From the NCBI GenBank assembly GCA_964016885.1, contig OZ024751.1:38068001-38132000 (forward strand): 64,000 nucleotides of DNA, in the 5' to 3' direction. The translations under genes and the position numbers were made by a program. A model generated the notes under the pieces. That model saw only the letters and a program-made list of their open reading frames with translations, did not search any database and had not been told where the DNA came from. The DNA comes from Eledone cirrhosa. Lineage: Eukaryota. Each line of letters opens with the position of its first letter. The first letter of the stretch is position 1. Positions 42,898 to 57,681 of this stretch are shown one piece after another.

Positions 42898-44559
42898 ATA
42901 TAATATATATATATATATATTCTGTATATTTTCTCTGAAATATTTGGTTTTATATTCTTATATAAGCAATAATACAATCATCTAAACGTTCCTCACTTTT
43001 TACTTCAACCTCATCCGTAGCTGAATGCGAAACCTTGTGCAGTTTGATCGGTAGAGTAGCGCAATAACATATATAAACATAAAACTACGCCAATAAGAAT
43101 TCTTAAAAAAGACAACAATACAGAGGAACTATAGAAATGCCATTTAAACTGATAAGAAAATGCATAAGAAATGCATAGATGGAAATGCATTATTCCACGT
43201 CACAACTGGAGATGGCTTTACACTCTTCCTTTCAACTTTAACTGTCGACTATTTTTACTATATTTTAGAACATTTGTTTTACTTTAAATTTAATATTGAA
43301 TAATGATAAATGTTGCAGAATATTGACATGATTGCAATGCAGAGAGGCCAGTTAGTGAAGAGAGAAAGATTGAAATTTATGTTATAGAATCATTGAAAGA
43401 GAGAAATGGAAAGACAATGCTGGAGACGAAGCTCTAGAATGAAATAAAAGGGGAAAAAATAAGACAGATACAATTATGAAAGCTAGAAAACATTATGCAT
43501 TTTAAATGCTTTATATAAGGAAAATATTTTGTCACTTTTATAGTCATAAATCATTAATAGCTAGTGCAAGCATGGTAGAAATATATATATTATTTGTGTG
43601 TGTGTATGTGTAAATAAATACATTTTATGTATCTAAATAAATACATTTCAGCTAGGATGTTAAATTAGAAACTTAGAAAATAAATTTATATAGCAAAATA
43701 TTTCTAGTGAACTTGTAACGATCACCATCAATTTAAATTGTTTCAGACAAATACTAACTGCTTATTCGATTAATTTTCTGCTAAAACAAACATTACAATT
43801 ATGTTTTATTTTCATTTGCGTTTTATTTATTTTACTTTTAGTTTCATGTTTCAATTTTTTAAAATATTTTATTTATTTAATCTATATTTTTTGTTGTTTT
43901 CCCCTTACTTTTTAAAAAGATTTTTATCGTACATTTAGATTTTATCGAATGTTTTGATAAGTTTATGATAGAATGTTTATTTATTGTTTTTCTACTTTAT
44001 TTATATAACTATTTATTAATATATTGCTGTAAGAATTGCAATTATCGAGCAGAATAATATATCAAAAGAGTTTAAACAAGGAATGTAGTAATGCATTTAT
44101 TGTTTCTGCTATTAAACATATATTGATGTACTTTTATAGTGTAATTTCTCAGACTACTTAAACTATATCATAATATTCTTTAAATGGTACTACTTGACAG
44201 TTGAACGTATCATTTTCTGGTGAAAAAGGAACCACATTTCTATTCATGTGAGGTAGCCCACTCATTACTATATGAAATACGCTACTATATTCCTATTATA
44301 AGAATGAACATTCTTAATTCTGTGTTTAGTGAGCTGGGAGCAGAATTCAGAGTTACGCTATTAACGTAGCTTAACGAATATTATTCAACGAATACCTACG
44401 AAACATACACATATATATATTTCGTGTATTGATCTAAGTTATTCGATTGTGATCATTCTGGGTCACTGCTTTCATAGAATTTAGCCGCTCATCTCAACTC
44501 CAGAAAATGTGTCGTCAAATGAGTTAATTGATTATTTTTTATGTATCTAACCAATAAGA

Positions 44560-44732
44560 CAGGGAACATAAGTACAAACAACAAATGAAATACACACACA
44601 ATGATATATATAACTGGCTTTTAGATAGCTTCCATGTGCAAATCCTCACAGAAGGATTCGGACCAGCAGTTTGAGAGAATCCGAACGTACGTGGTTTTGG
44701 TGCAAATCCCTTAACCACGAAGCCATGTCGGC

Positions 44733-44733
<1 letters not shown>
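44560..44733 (-). mobile_element. Degenerate SINE-like repeat
   Basis: Minus strand 'gccgacatggcttcgtggttaagggatttgc..caaaaccacgtacgttcggattc' is a tRNA-like head. Confidence 0.55.
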
Positions 44734-44785
<52 letters not shown>

Positions 44786-45384
44786 TAAAAAAGTTTTTTC
44801 TTATATACATATGTATATATACGAAATATAATTTGTATAATTCATCCTTCTTCGAAACCAACAATTACTGTAAAACGTTTGTAACGTATATAGAGGTAAA
44901 ATCAATTCAACAGAAGATCAAAACAACTCTGTTACACGGAACCGAAATCAATTCTCAAAAAACGTTTGTAAAAAATAAAACAGAAAAGACTTTGCGAGAG
45001 TTTCTAAGTTAATTTTGATAAAACAAAATACATAAAACACTTCATTAGGTAATGATTATTTCATTTGCTTCTCTTGTAACAGGAAACCTTTACAATATAG
45101 TTTACTTGATTATATATATATATTGAAAGAGAAAGTGTGATAGATAGATGGCCGGAGGTAAGCGTAATTGAAACATTTTGTTTCATCGGGTTATTTGATA
45201 GGGGTAATCAAAGACAATAGAAATAGTGGAACGTAAAAAAGAAATATGTAAAAAGATCCGGTAAACTCTAGAAAATCAAAATTATAAAATGTAATTTGAA
45301 CAAGAAAATTGAAAAATTATATAAATAGTAAGATGAAAAGTAACAAGATGAAGACATCGGCTAGTAGAAACGACGATAAAGTAC

Positions 45385-45420
<36 letters not shown>

Positions 45421-47159
45421 GGGATAATGATGGTGGTGATGAACTAATCTGAAAAAAAGTTGGGGGAAACTTTTCGAAGATAATATTTTCAAGTCTAGAA
45501 ATTCATCGAAATTAATTGTTCAGTTTCAATTGTCATTTTTTTTTTCATTTCGAATATTTAAAAGAGAACATTTTGTTATATTCTCCATAATATCTTTAAT
45601 ACAAACATCGGGTTCTCTTTACTCTAGGGCTGAATAAAATTAGAAATATGATTTTCTGACTTAATTCAAAGATGTCTATGATTGGATAGAGGATGATTCC
45701 ATCATAGTTGTGGTAAAAGTTGCTGAGAAAATGAAATTCCACATCTTTAAAGCTTCTTCTCTGACCAATCAATTCAATGAAATAGTAAAAAAGATTTCGA
45801 CACCATTGAAGACACGCCTCAGTGGATTTTCAATTTTCTATTCTTTTATGTTAGTTACTCATTGTTTTTTTTATTTTATACTTTCATTTTCTATTCTTTC
45901 CCATCTTTCGGATTTTTCTTTTAGTTTAAAAAAAAATTCTTTCATTTCTGTATTTTTCATTCACTTTCTAACACCATTTTGTCTCTCCAGCTAATTCTAG
46001 TATTCAACTTTCCAATTCACGCATCAACAATCATGTTGTGTATAAGTAAAGTAGTTACCTCTCTTAATTTCAAAATGTCCCGAACAATGTGAACTTTTAA
46101 AATACTCCTCTATTAGAATTAATCTCAATATTTTCGATGATTGCTACGCTTCAATTGTTCTACGACTTTAGATTATGGAGAAAATATAGAGACATTAGTT
46201 GTGTTTTTATAATTCTCTCCACAAACACTTATAGCTATAGGATTCGCGAGAGGTGTTCCGCCTATTAACTGCAGCTAGACAACAGTTCGTTCCCCTGTGT
46301 TAGTATTGCATATTGTTCTGAGATAAAATTTCCTAATATTTCTTTTTCAGAATATTTCAGACAAATGGGATCAGTGCTTCTCACTAGTAGGTATGATGTT
46401 AAAATAAATACATACAAATCTTTTTTTTTTCAAGATAACATGAAGGAATTGCGCAGATTCACCACAGTCGTTAGAACGTCAGAGAGATTGTCGTATCTAG
46501 TTCTGCATTCCTCATGCTTGTAAAATCTTTCCACATTTAAATGTTTTCCATCCTTAATCGCTCGATAAACAAAATACTAGACTATTGTAGCGGATTGGCA
46601 GATTTGTTGCAACACAAAAGGGGACGCGTTGTGGGATAGATTCCAGTATTTTGCCTTCTCATTAGTCCCAAGTTCTAACCAACCCATACATCTTTTTTCC
46701 TGGAAATATTTGATATAAATTAGGGAGGAGAATGTACGTATAAGCAAATACAGTTCTATAAACAAAAAGTCAAGCAGTTATACACCACAGAGAGACATTT
46801 TTATGGCATAGATTGACAGTTGAAAGATGTATACACAAGCCGCAATATAATATTTTAGTAGCACATCTTTCTTGAATTATTAATTAATATTGAAAGATAG
46901 CATTAATAGTCATTTTGATCATGAGTCTTACTGTAAGCCAAGGATGAAAGGAGATGTGTCACCAGTGAGAGTTGAACTTCGTATATAAAGGACCTCCATT
47001 AAGTGGCATAACACACTTACTATACCACCCTGACGTATTCCCCTCTGAACTCTATTATTTTCAACTAATTAATGATATCACATATTCCAACATCATTTCC
47101 ACTGATCTCTTAATATAAATAGGAAAAAATACTGAGGTAATTTTCAATAAACACACACG

Positions 47160-47181
47160 CACACACATATACATACATACA

Positions 47182-47246
<65 letters not shown>

Positions 47247-47290
47247 CATGTATACATACATATATTAACATATATATATATATGTACATA

Positions 47291-47323
<33 letters not shown>

Positions 47324-47806
47324 CATGTATACATACATATATTAACATATATATATATATATATGTATACACATTTATATATATACATATATATATATAC
47401 ATATACATTTATATATATATACATATATATATATACATTTATATATATACATATATATATATACATATACATTTATATATATATATACATATATACATTT
47501 ATATATATATATACATTTATATATATACATATATATATACATATACATTTATATATATATATACATATATATTTATATATATATATACACATAAACATGT
47601 ATATATATATATTTATATATATATATATACATAAACATGTATATATATATATTTATATATATATATACATAAACATATATACATATGTACATATGTACAT
47701 AAACATGCATATATATATATATATATATACACACATAAACATATACATATATACATATATAAGCATATATATATATATATATAAGCATATATATATATAT
47801 ATATAA

Positions 47807-47897
<91 letters not shown>

Positions 47898-47990
47898 CAT
47901 ATATAAACATATATATAAAGATATATACATACATATTTATTTATATATGTATGTAGACATACATACATTGCATATATATATATATATATA
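47160..47990. repeat. Compound (TACA)n/(TA)n microsatellite
   Basis: Seen directly. Confidence 0.95.
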
Positions 47991-49345
47991 TGGTCTTTCA
48001 TTCTCTTCTCTCTGCTACCATCTTTTGTTTATATATATATTCGATATGTGTATTACTCTGTGAAAAAACTTTTCATTGAATATACGCCGCTCTCATTTAT
48101 TCATTTATTTATATTTATGTGTTTTTTTGTTCCCTTCTTGTTTAGAGACTTAGATGAATTTCACTTGGTTCCACACGGATATACGTATTGCTGTTGATTA
48201 ATATTGAATATGTTTTCCCTTTGATCTACGTTTATATTATATTACATTATATTATGTATGTGTTGAAATGTACTGCATTTGCTAAGAACTCATTCATGAT
48301 TAAATAAATAGATTGTGTGTTGTGTGTGTCACAGTTTGTTTGCTTAGTTTTTGTTTGTTTATTTAAAGCAATTATTTGACGAGGATTAATTACTTGGGAT
48401 TTCAACATTATATCTAAAATTACCTCTCACCCACCTCGTACAACCTCCACCTCCACTAACACCATCATCATCATATGCTCTAGTGTGATTATTAGTTACA
48501 CATACATACCATACTTATGAAATAATATGGAAGTTTACTTATAGGGAAAATGTTTGTTTATTTTGACTAGACACAAATGCTATGTGATATTATTTATATT
48601 AAGTCGAGATAAGGCTATAAACGTGATGTCGTGATTGTTATTCTGTTCCCTCAATGGAATTATCGGCATTTATATTCATTTTGTTTAAGCGCCGACCCCC
48701 ACAAGTTCAGAATCATGAACAAGGTTGCGGTTTATTGTCACATAAATTTAACAACCTCGGTTGGCCATTTGGGTGAGGGTGCCTGATGTTGGCAAACTTG
48801 AGGCTTCCACGGAACTTGGGCAATATTTCGTGATCACAGCAAGTAATAAATTTTACGTAATTCTAATAATATAGTCCCTTACATTTGCATAGCTCTCATC
48901 CAATTTCACCATTAAATTATTACTGTATAATATCTGTACCCAACCAAGCTTCAGACAACGCACAACATATTAATTATGTCCCTTTTTGTTCTTTTCCCAT
49001 TGTAAATTGCTGACCCATGTAGACCCTGTTTTCAAAAATGAGAGGTATAGTTGAGGTACTTGCTCACAATACGTATTCAAATTTTCGAATTTTAACCATT
49101 GTTCTAAAGTACACGCCTCTTTATACAATGTTATTGAATTTCCTTAACTCGAGGCCCAAACTTGATACTGCACCAAGCGGTTTCTCATCCTTATATTCTC
49201 TTTTACTTTCGTGCGGCTAAGCTTTACTGAGCGAAGCAAAGTAACGTGTTATAACAAATATATAAATCAATTTCATTTACCTTACGAACTAGTTTTGAAT
49301 TATTAATTTAGTTTCTCGTATCTGTTCTTCTAACAAATGCACACA

Positions 49346-49450
<105 letters not shown>

Positions 49451-49744
49451 AAATCATATATATATATATATATATGATTTAAAATTTCGCAAATTTGCAA
49501 AAGTTAGAGTGACTGATATCGATTCAGAAGATATAAATATAAAAATATACAAATATATGCGCGACTGTTGGTGTGTCCATGTATGTATAGGTGAATGAGT
49601 ATGTGTGTTTGTGTGACATTAAGTATGTGTCAGTGGCTCAATGTTATTGTGTGTCTAATTATGAATTCAGAAATTCAATTGTTTGTCTAGTTAGTTATAA
49701 ACACACACACAGATTACACACACACACACACGCGTACACACACA

Positions 49745-49792
<48 letters not shown>

Positions 49793-50227
49793 TATATATA
49801 TATATATATATATATATAATTCAAAACAAGGCAGCGTCCCTCAGAAAACCCGATTTTATTCTGTTATTTATTTCTCACACGTAGCTGAATTTCATTTGTG
49901 AGAAGTGACACGTACATATGCAGGTGTCTGTGACCTATAGAATGTAAATAAACAAAGAAAGCCTTGCAGGCCCTCGTATTAGTATTCTTACGTAGCACTT
50001 TGTTTGATTAGATAAACATTTACCATTGTCTTCTAAGAATTTGACGTCCTCATACAACAGATATGCCAATCACAAAATTATGATTTCTTCAACTCAATAC
50101 GTTGCAGTATCTCTAAAATTATTCACAGTATATGTTTGCTCAAGAAATTATATTGCATAATGAAAATAACAAATAATACCAATAACAACAATAACAATAA
50201 TAATATTAATAATAATAATAATAATAA

Positions 50228-50403
50228 TTGTTTCTACTTTTGGCACAAGGCCAGCAATTACCCAGTGCATTACTGGTACTTTACTTTATCGATGAAAGGC
50301 AAAGTTAACCTCGGCGGGATTTGAACTTACAATGACAGGGGCCGTAACTCTATGCGTCAAAGCATGTTGTCCGACCCTCTACCGATAATGCCAATCCAGT
50401 GCC
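50228..50403 (-). mobile_element. tRNA-derived SINE (young family) next to (AAT)n
   Basis: Matches 53966-54153 with a small internal deletion. Confidence 0.9.
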
Positions 50404-50962
50404 CCTTTATAATAGTAATGATAATTTTATAATTCAATAGCTCGAATTAAACAGTAAACTGAGGCAAATAAATTTGCACTTACAAAACAAAACAACCACC
50501 TTATAAAATAGCACAACTCGCATTAGAACTACTCAGGTTCCACTGGAAAATGAAAAGAATTCTGAGACAAATCACATCCGATTTAGTAGTATACAACCAC
50601 AGGTCTATATTCCCACACCCCAATCCACCTGAGAAATACTGATGTTTCAGTAGGAATTTCTCATATAAACGTGTTGAAAACATGATTATTAATCAAGAAA
50701 ATATAATGAAGTATCTCGTTAGTTCATTGGCTCACCTTTATTTTAGTATATTATAATGCAAGTGCTGATAATATTATACTTAGCAGAAGAGATCTAACAA
50801 GACCAAAGCATACTTGAAATTATCACATCTTCTGAAGAACAGTTCCAATGCTACTTCAAGTTGAGGGCAGCTGACCGAGGTAGAAGCTGCTAAATATTCG
50901 GTCGCCCTCATGTCTCCGATTTTCAGCCCCATGGAGTTTATCTATTATATTCCTTTGTTATG

Positions 50963-51014
50963 TTTTGAATACCTGGTGATGTCACCGGATTCATACTGAA
51001 ACCGGTCATTGAAA
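50963..51014 (+). ncRNA. Degenerate hammerhead-like motif
   Basis: CTGGTGA (one core change) ... GAA ACCGGT C; palindromic stem III and GUC, weak stems I/II; about 60 nt upstream of a TA run. Confidence 0.5.
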
Positions 51015-52876
51015 TGATCATAGTATCATAAACCTTTTAAGGAATTACACCAGTCCAGCCTCCTGTTATCTTATATATATATAACTAGAAATATATGGTG
51101 GAGAAAACAAGACGTTTAAGAACAAATTTTATTCCTTACGCCTTTATATATATATATATATATATAGATGAATAGAAGTGAGATTTGAAATCAAATTTGT
51201 TGTAATAGTTATTGATGAACGTTCTGTCGTTGACCAATAAATGTGGAAGTTTATCTTTATGTCACAAAATTGTAAAATATATAACCGGATCTATTTTTGT
51301 GATTACGTAACTGAATGAAGTGAAATATATTGTGATGGGCAAACGCGTGTGTTTGCTACTTCGAATATACTAGGTTATAAATTATGTAAATAATAGTTAA
51401 AAAATGGGTATGATAAGAATATTAAATATGAGTTGTGTTTTAAATGAAAATATATTATGTACATACAGTCTCGTTGGATATTAGAACATAACATTATAAA
51501 TATAGTGAATGGACACAAAAAATATAGACACGTGTATATACATACAAAGACACACACTCATACATACATTATATATATATATCAGTCTTGGAAATATATT
51601 ACACAATATTTCAATGACCTTTATCTCCTATATATTTATTCATCGATTCTGTCTATGTCTCGATATTAACACGCAAACACACAATATATATATACATATA
51701 TACACATACACACAGAGAGAAAGATTGAGAGGGAGGGAAGTACAAACACACGTACATACATACATATATATATATATATATTATAGAAAAGTTTTAAACA
51801 TCTAAGAAGTTCGCCATGATATTTATCACAGTCTTCCAGTCTATGCACAGTTTCATAGCAAAACTATATTGATACAAACACTGACTAACTAAGACTATGA
51901 AGCAACCTATAGGGAAAAATATTCTACCTTGAAAAAGTCCATCATCCTTATCGTTTCGCCCCGATGAACACGGTTTTAGAATCCAACATCACTACAGTTC
52001 AAAATGAAATAAATTCCGCTCAATTCCCGCTAACATCTAAGTAATGTAACGATTTCAAGATTTTAAGATTATTTCTTTGTTTTATATGTAATTAAGTCAG
52101 TTACGATTAATTATACATAAGTAAATAAATGATGTGATGTATTTCATCTTAATTCATTTCACCTTTTCAATCCAAATTATATTTTTTGCTCAGGTATATT
52201 TAGTTATTATCTATTCAACTATATCAGGCGTTCAAAATTTTCTACCCTATATAATGCGATGTTTTTAATCAAATTTCTTTCACCTCTTTAATCCAAAATA
52301 GACGAAAATCGGAATTGAATAAAAGAGAATGGAAATAACCAGCGCCAGTTTCGAGAATGAGTGTTCCAGTTGTTCGATAAATGGAAGAGACTGGTGTGAA
52401 ATTAACGTCTGGTTGGTTGAGGATTCAACGTTCATGTGTAAACATTTAACGTTATTCTCAAGGATTCATCATCAGACAAAGTGTATGGCTAGACAGATTT
52501 TATGTATTCTCGGTAAAGTTCATCCTAAGAAATTATTTCTCAAGGAAAATACTTGCTACGGATACATACAAAAGCCACATGATGTTGAGAATCTCAAAGT
52601 AATATCACAGCTATTGTACATCTTTTGGAACTGAGAACATACAATCTTGGAATAAATGCTGTAAAGCATTTTGTATGACACTAATTGTTCTCCGAATCCA
52701 CAACCCTCAAGTAATATGTTTACGTTTTGAAAAGTCACCACTATAAAGTATGAGTCGAATAATTGAGGCCCGGAGTCGAGAAAAGGTGATAGAAACACAT
52801 GTCGTTAAAGCTGGACATTACATATACGTGACCCTTTTCCACGCAAGCGCTTCTATCCATTTTTACCCGATTCATT

Positions 52877-53060
52877 TGGATTGGCAGTATCGGTAGAGAG
52901 TCGGAGACCATGCTTTCCAGCATAGAGTTACACCCCTTTATGGTCTGAGTTCAAATCCCGCCGAGGTTAACTCTGCCTTTCATCCTTACGGGATCGATAA
53001 AATAGAGTACCAGTAATGCACTGGGATAATTGCTGGCCTTGTGCCAATAGTAGAAACAAT
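52877..53060 (+). mobile_element. tRNA-derived SINE (young family)
   Basis: A box tggcagtatcgg, B box gagttcaaatcc, 'tgcctttcatccttacgggatcgataaaatagagtaccag', 3' 'gctggccttgtgccaatagtagaaacaat'. Confidence 0.92.
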
Positions 53061-53965
53061 TATTTATAGTCCATATTCATTTTCCATATGCATGTTTACA
53101 ATACGCAAACATATGTTCAAATTTCTCCAACTCTTCGTAAACGAATAGCATTTTTCAGCTGGTTAAACTAACTTTCAAAACACTTTTCATTCACTTGAAA
53201 TTCTCTGGAATTATTGAAAAAATAAAACAAAACAAACAAGACATCAATTAAATTACATTTTCCTACGCCATAAGTTCACTTGTCCAACTCTAGCTATGGG
53301 GGATTTCAGTAATGGTAGACATTTCTTAAAAACGAATTGATATATATCAGGTTTCTCGTAACCTAAAGACAATTGACTTACATTCTACACATCTTGTCTG
53401 TCAAGGGAATTTGGTGTGTTTTACACTTTATAAATCACTTTAACTGTTGTCTAATCTACAACAAATGATCTTGTATCTTAATTTGTGTCAGCTTCAGATC
53501 TTTTAAAAATTTAATTGAACCATATATTTACACGACTATAGCATGCATACCCACCTATCTACTTATAAACCTATACATATAAGTATATATATATATATAT
53601 GTTTATATATTCACGCGCACACATGTATATATTTCAGTGTATGGATATATGTATGTGTATATGTATATGTATATAAGGACAAAGGGAAACCGACACGGAA
53701 TGATGGAGACGGAGTGGGCAACACTCGGATAGTTTTAGCTACGTAGTTTGAAGTAGCTAAATTATTTAAAACACGTTTTTCTCTCCGCAATGATCTCCGA
53801 AAAGGGATATGAAATACTAAAACTAGTCTACAGAGAAAAACTCTATTTTAAATAGAATATCAACATTTAACAGAGACTTTTACAAACAATCTAGTATAAT
53901 CCCACTATCAACATTTATAATGATGTTAAATAATCATGTAATTTAAACACAGTATGAACATTTAT

Positions 53966-54153
53966 AATTGTTTCTTCTTTGGGCACAAGGCCAGCAATTA
54001 TCCAGTGCATTAGTGGTACTTTATTTTATCGACCCCGTAAGGATGAAAGGCAAAGTCAACCTCGGCGGGATTTGAACTCAGACCGTAGAGGGACGTAACT
54101 ATGCTGGAAAGGATGGCGTCCGACCCTCTACCGATACTGCCAATCCACCGCCT
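53966..54153 (-). mobile_element. Full-length tRNA-derived SINE with 20-bp target-site duplication
   Basis: TSD ACAGTATGAACATTTATAAT at 53949-53968 and 54156-54175; A and B boxes intact. Confidence 0.94.
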
Positions 54154-54329
54154 GAACAGTATGAACATTTATAATGATGTTTATTAATATCCAGCTTAAA
54201 CATAGTATCAATATTTTACAGTGATGTTTACTAATACCAACACGTTTAAGTTTAACTTACAACTCCATGACACGTGCATACACACATATCAGACATGTGT
54301 GCTCTCACACATGAATGTGTGTGTGAGTG

Positions 54330-54376
<47 letters not shown>

Positions 54377-54378
<2 letters not shown>

Positions 54379-54515
54379 GGAACGAGTAGGACCCCGACGG
54401 CTGAGCTCAAGCCGTCGGGGTCCTACTCGTTCCTATTACCCACTCTACTACCCTAAGTAATGAGTACTTTGGTGCGTTATGGTCCACCTGGTTCCTTACC
54501 ACATTTCCTCCGTTA
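54377..54515 (+). mobile_element. Family A fold-back element (turn in the stem III loop)
   Basis: Palindrome 54377-54435 plus tail ending 'ttcctccgtta(ta)n'. Confidence 0.92.
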
Positions 54516-54523
54516 TATATATA

Positions 54524-54575
<52 letters not shown>

Positions 54576-54776
54576 CAGAGAGTGAAGACTAAAATCCATA
54601 GAGGGCTCGGTAAGGATAAATATATATCAAATATATAAGAACCCTAGAGCAAATATTTATTAAATAACAGATTAAATTTGAAGCAAAGAATCGCTGCTTT
54701 CACCCTTAACGGGAGTTTCAGAAGATCCTATTAAGGGTGAAAGCAGGGATTCTTTGCTTTAATCTGTTACTTTAAT
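54576..54776 (-). mobile_element. TA-embedded fold-back element with degenerate hammerhead (family H-related)
   Basis: Arms 54665-54709 and 54731-54769; CAGAAGA tcct atta aggg t GAAAGC; tail 'aagacta..tcc..agagggctcg.taag.at' shared with 59349-59378. Confidence 0.7.
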
Positions 54777-54940
54777 ATATATATATATATATATAAAACG
54801 TAGATGCATATCGATAATTTTGTTCTTTGAAATGATTGTAAAAGAAAGGATTAATTAAGTACTTCATTTTGTCTTATTTCATTATTTAACATTATACAGG
54901 CCCAAATATATATACATATATATATAGTATATATATATAT

Positions 54941-56003
54941 ATAAAGAATTAGTATATCTACCAACATATTTATACAGAAGTATACTTATGCTAGCAAGAT
55001 ATAGGTTTTGTCTTAGTAACTTTGTGGTTCAATACAAAAATGTAGAACAATTATATGAAATACGTAAAATAAGAAAATTATAATAATTAACTTACTTACT
55101 TAAGTTTCGCTCCAACTAATTAGTTTCTGAAAGGGGATATACATAGTGTTCAAAGCTATGGAGAATTCCTTTCTTCATCAGGGAGTCAATTCTCTGCTAA
55201 GATCCCAGGCGATAGGCGGACACAGAGATCTCAAACAAAAATAATCCAGTGAATGGAAAAGAAGCAAGCGCGGACTAAATTTCAAGACACTGAAAATTTC
55301 ACTACCTTCCCGGTCAGTGGCAAATTCAAAAGAATCAATCACGTGACATCGAGGTTAATCAGTGAGGAGTGGGGTGTTAAAAAGACAGTAGCCAAAATAC
55401 TACTATGAATCATAGCAGTAATCATAGCCAAAAACTTAAGTAAGTAAGTTAATTATTATAATTTTCTTATTTTACGTCTTTCATATAATTGTTCTACATT
55501 TTTGTATTGAACCACAAAGTTACTAAGACAAAATCTATATCTTGCTAGCATAAGTATACTTATGTATAAATATGTTGGTAGATATAGTAATTCTTTATAA
55601 TTATCTCCAAATTATTTGTTGAGAAAAAATTCGCCTGAATTACTGCTATGATTCATAGTAGTATTTTGGCTACTGTCTTTTTAACACCCACTCCTCACTG
55701 ATTAACCTCGATGTCACGTGATTGATTCTTTTGAATTTGCCACTGACCGGGAAGGTATTGAAATTTTCAGTGTCTTGAAATTTAGTCCGCGCTTGCTTCT
55801 TTTCCATTCACTGGATTATTTTTGTTTGAGATCCCTGTGTCCGCCTATCGCCTTGGATCTTAGCAGAGAATTGACTACCAGATGAAGAAAGGAATTCTCC
55901 ATAGCTTTGAAGACTATGTATATCCCCTTTCAGAAACTAATTAGTTGGAGTGAAACTTAAGTAAGTTAATTATTATAATTTTCTTATTTTACGTCTTTCA
56001 TAT
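54941..56003. mobile_element. TA-embedded hammerhead element, family I: inverted copy plus partial tandem (unit about 521 bp)
   Basis: A(54941-55107) B(55108-55422) | A'(55432-55599) spacer B'(55639-55952) partial A'(55953-56003). Confidence 0.92.
55110..55185 (-). ncRNA. Type I hammerhead ribozyme
   Basis: ctcc CTGATGA a gaaagg ... cctttc a GAA ACTAATTAGT T ggag; the plus-strand copy at 55875-55950 has a mutated core (CAGATGA). Confidence 0.88.
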
Positions 56004-56848
56004 ATATATATATATATATACACTCACACGTGATATTGTAGATACAAACGCATGCCAAAAAACAGACACACGTATATTCAGCCCTGTCTGTAGAGTGTGT
56101 ATAGAATCTTTAAGTACTAATAATTAAGGAAAGACTTGTAAATAAACGGGAGATAGAGGAGGAAAATCATAGCAAACTATTGAAGAATAAAATACAATGA
56201 CCTAACTTCTAACCCATCACCCCTGAAGATGAAACCCTTAAACCTTCAGAGCCCCAGACAGCTAATTAGTGTCTAATTCCATTGCAAAGTTTAATTGACT
56301 TCGCTTCTATATTACAGCATTGATTACATACGGAAATAATATACGAGCATGCGCCATGTTTTCAAAAATGCAATTATACATTTTAAAATTAGTGAAAGGA
56401 CATATATATTACCATGAATTATTTTGAGAGCTGAATTTATACCGAGACGAACCTCGAAATATCCTGAAAGTTCTTTTAATCTATATTAATTATATATGCA
56501 ACTATATTTGTCTTTTAATAAATTGCTAGTTTATCTCGATTCTTATAAATTCATTTGAAATTTGGTCTCTAATTACAGATGAAATGAACAACGTGTATTT
56601 CATTGAATCTCTAAATTAGATTGGCGTCGCAAGTGGAAATATGCCAAAACTTTTTAGACATTGAGTGAGACTGATTTAGCCATTACCGAAAACAAAAGCT
56701 GCTTTATATAATGTTACGTATCATAATTATTTTAGAGCATGTGTGTGTCTATCTCTCTATCTCCATGAATAAATAAATATATATATATTCATTATCAGTT
56801 TTTCACTTGAGTTTTTCCATTGTCTTCGTCCTTTGTGACCGCGCAACT

Positions 56849-56889
<41 letters not shown>

Positions 56890-56903
56890 TATACATATAT
56901 ATA

Positions 56904-56939
56904 TACACTACGTAGTAGAGCACTCAGTCCATGGGACGA

Positions 56940-56999
<60 letters not shown>

Positions 57000-57035
57000 T
57001 CGTCCCATGGACTGAGTGCTCTACTACGTAGTGTA
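56904..57035. mobile_element. 38-bp inverted pair of family D-like 3' tails bracketing (TA)n
   Basis: 'actcgtcccatggactgagtgctctac..tacg' (56998-57029) matches 1622-1655; reverse complement at 56904-56941. Confidence 0.9.
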
Positions 57036-57071
<36 letters not shown>

Positions 57072-57611
57072 AATATATATATAGAGAAAGAGAGAGAAAG
57101 TGAGAGAGAAGCGTGTGTGTCTCTGTGTTGTAAATCGAAATTCTGAACTGAAAATAGTTTCGAAGGATTTACATTATATGCAATATTTTCTGGTTGGATC
57201 ATGGATGACTCGATGTTATTTAACAACAAAAATATCCAGCACCAATTACATGTATAAATATAATCAGATAGGAACACCATATAACCCGTAGTAATAGCTG
57301 TGTTGGTTGTACCACACAGAAACCATGTCTCAGATTTATCCAGAAATTATTGGTATTACATACAGATTCACAATCGCCATGTTCAGTTTGTATATGGTGT
57401 GTGTGTGTTGAGTGTGTGTATATGGTGTGTGCGTTGGATGTGTTGTGGGGAGGAGCAGTCATACAGATGACATCAGATTCAAAACTAGATATTGTCTCGG
57501 AAATGAAAATGTTCACGTGATCTGCCAAGGAAATTATTCCTGAATCTACACTTAAAAATAACATCTATATATACTCCTAAAACATATATACTCATATTCC
57601 CTCTTTCTCTT

Positions 57612-57681
<70 letters not shown>

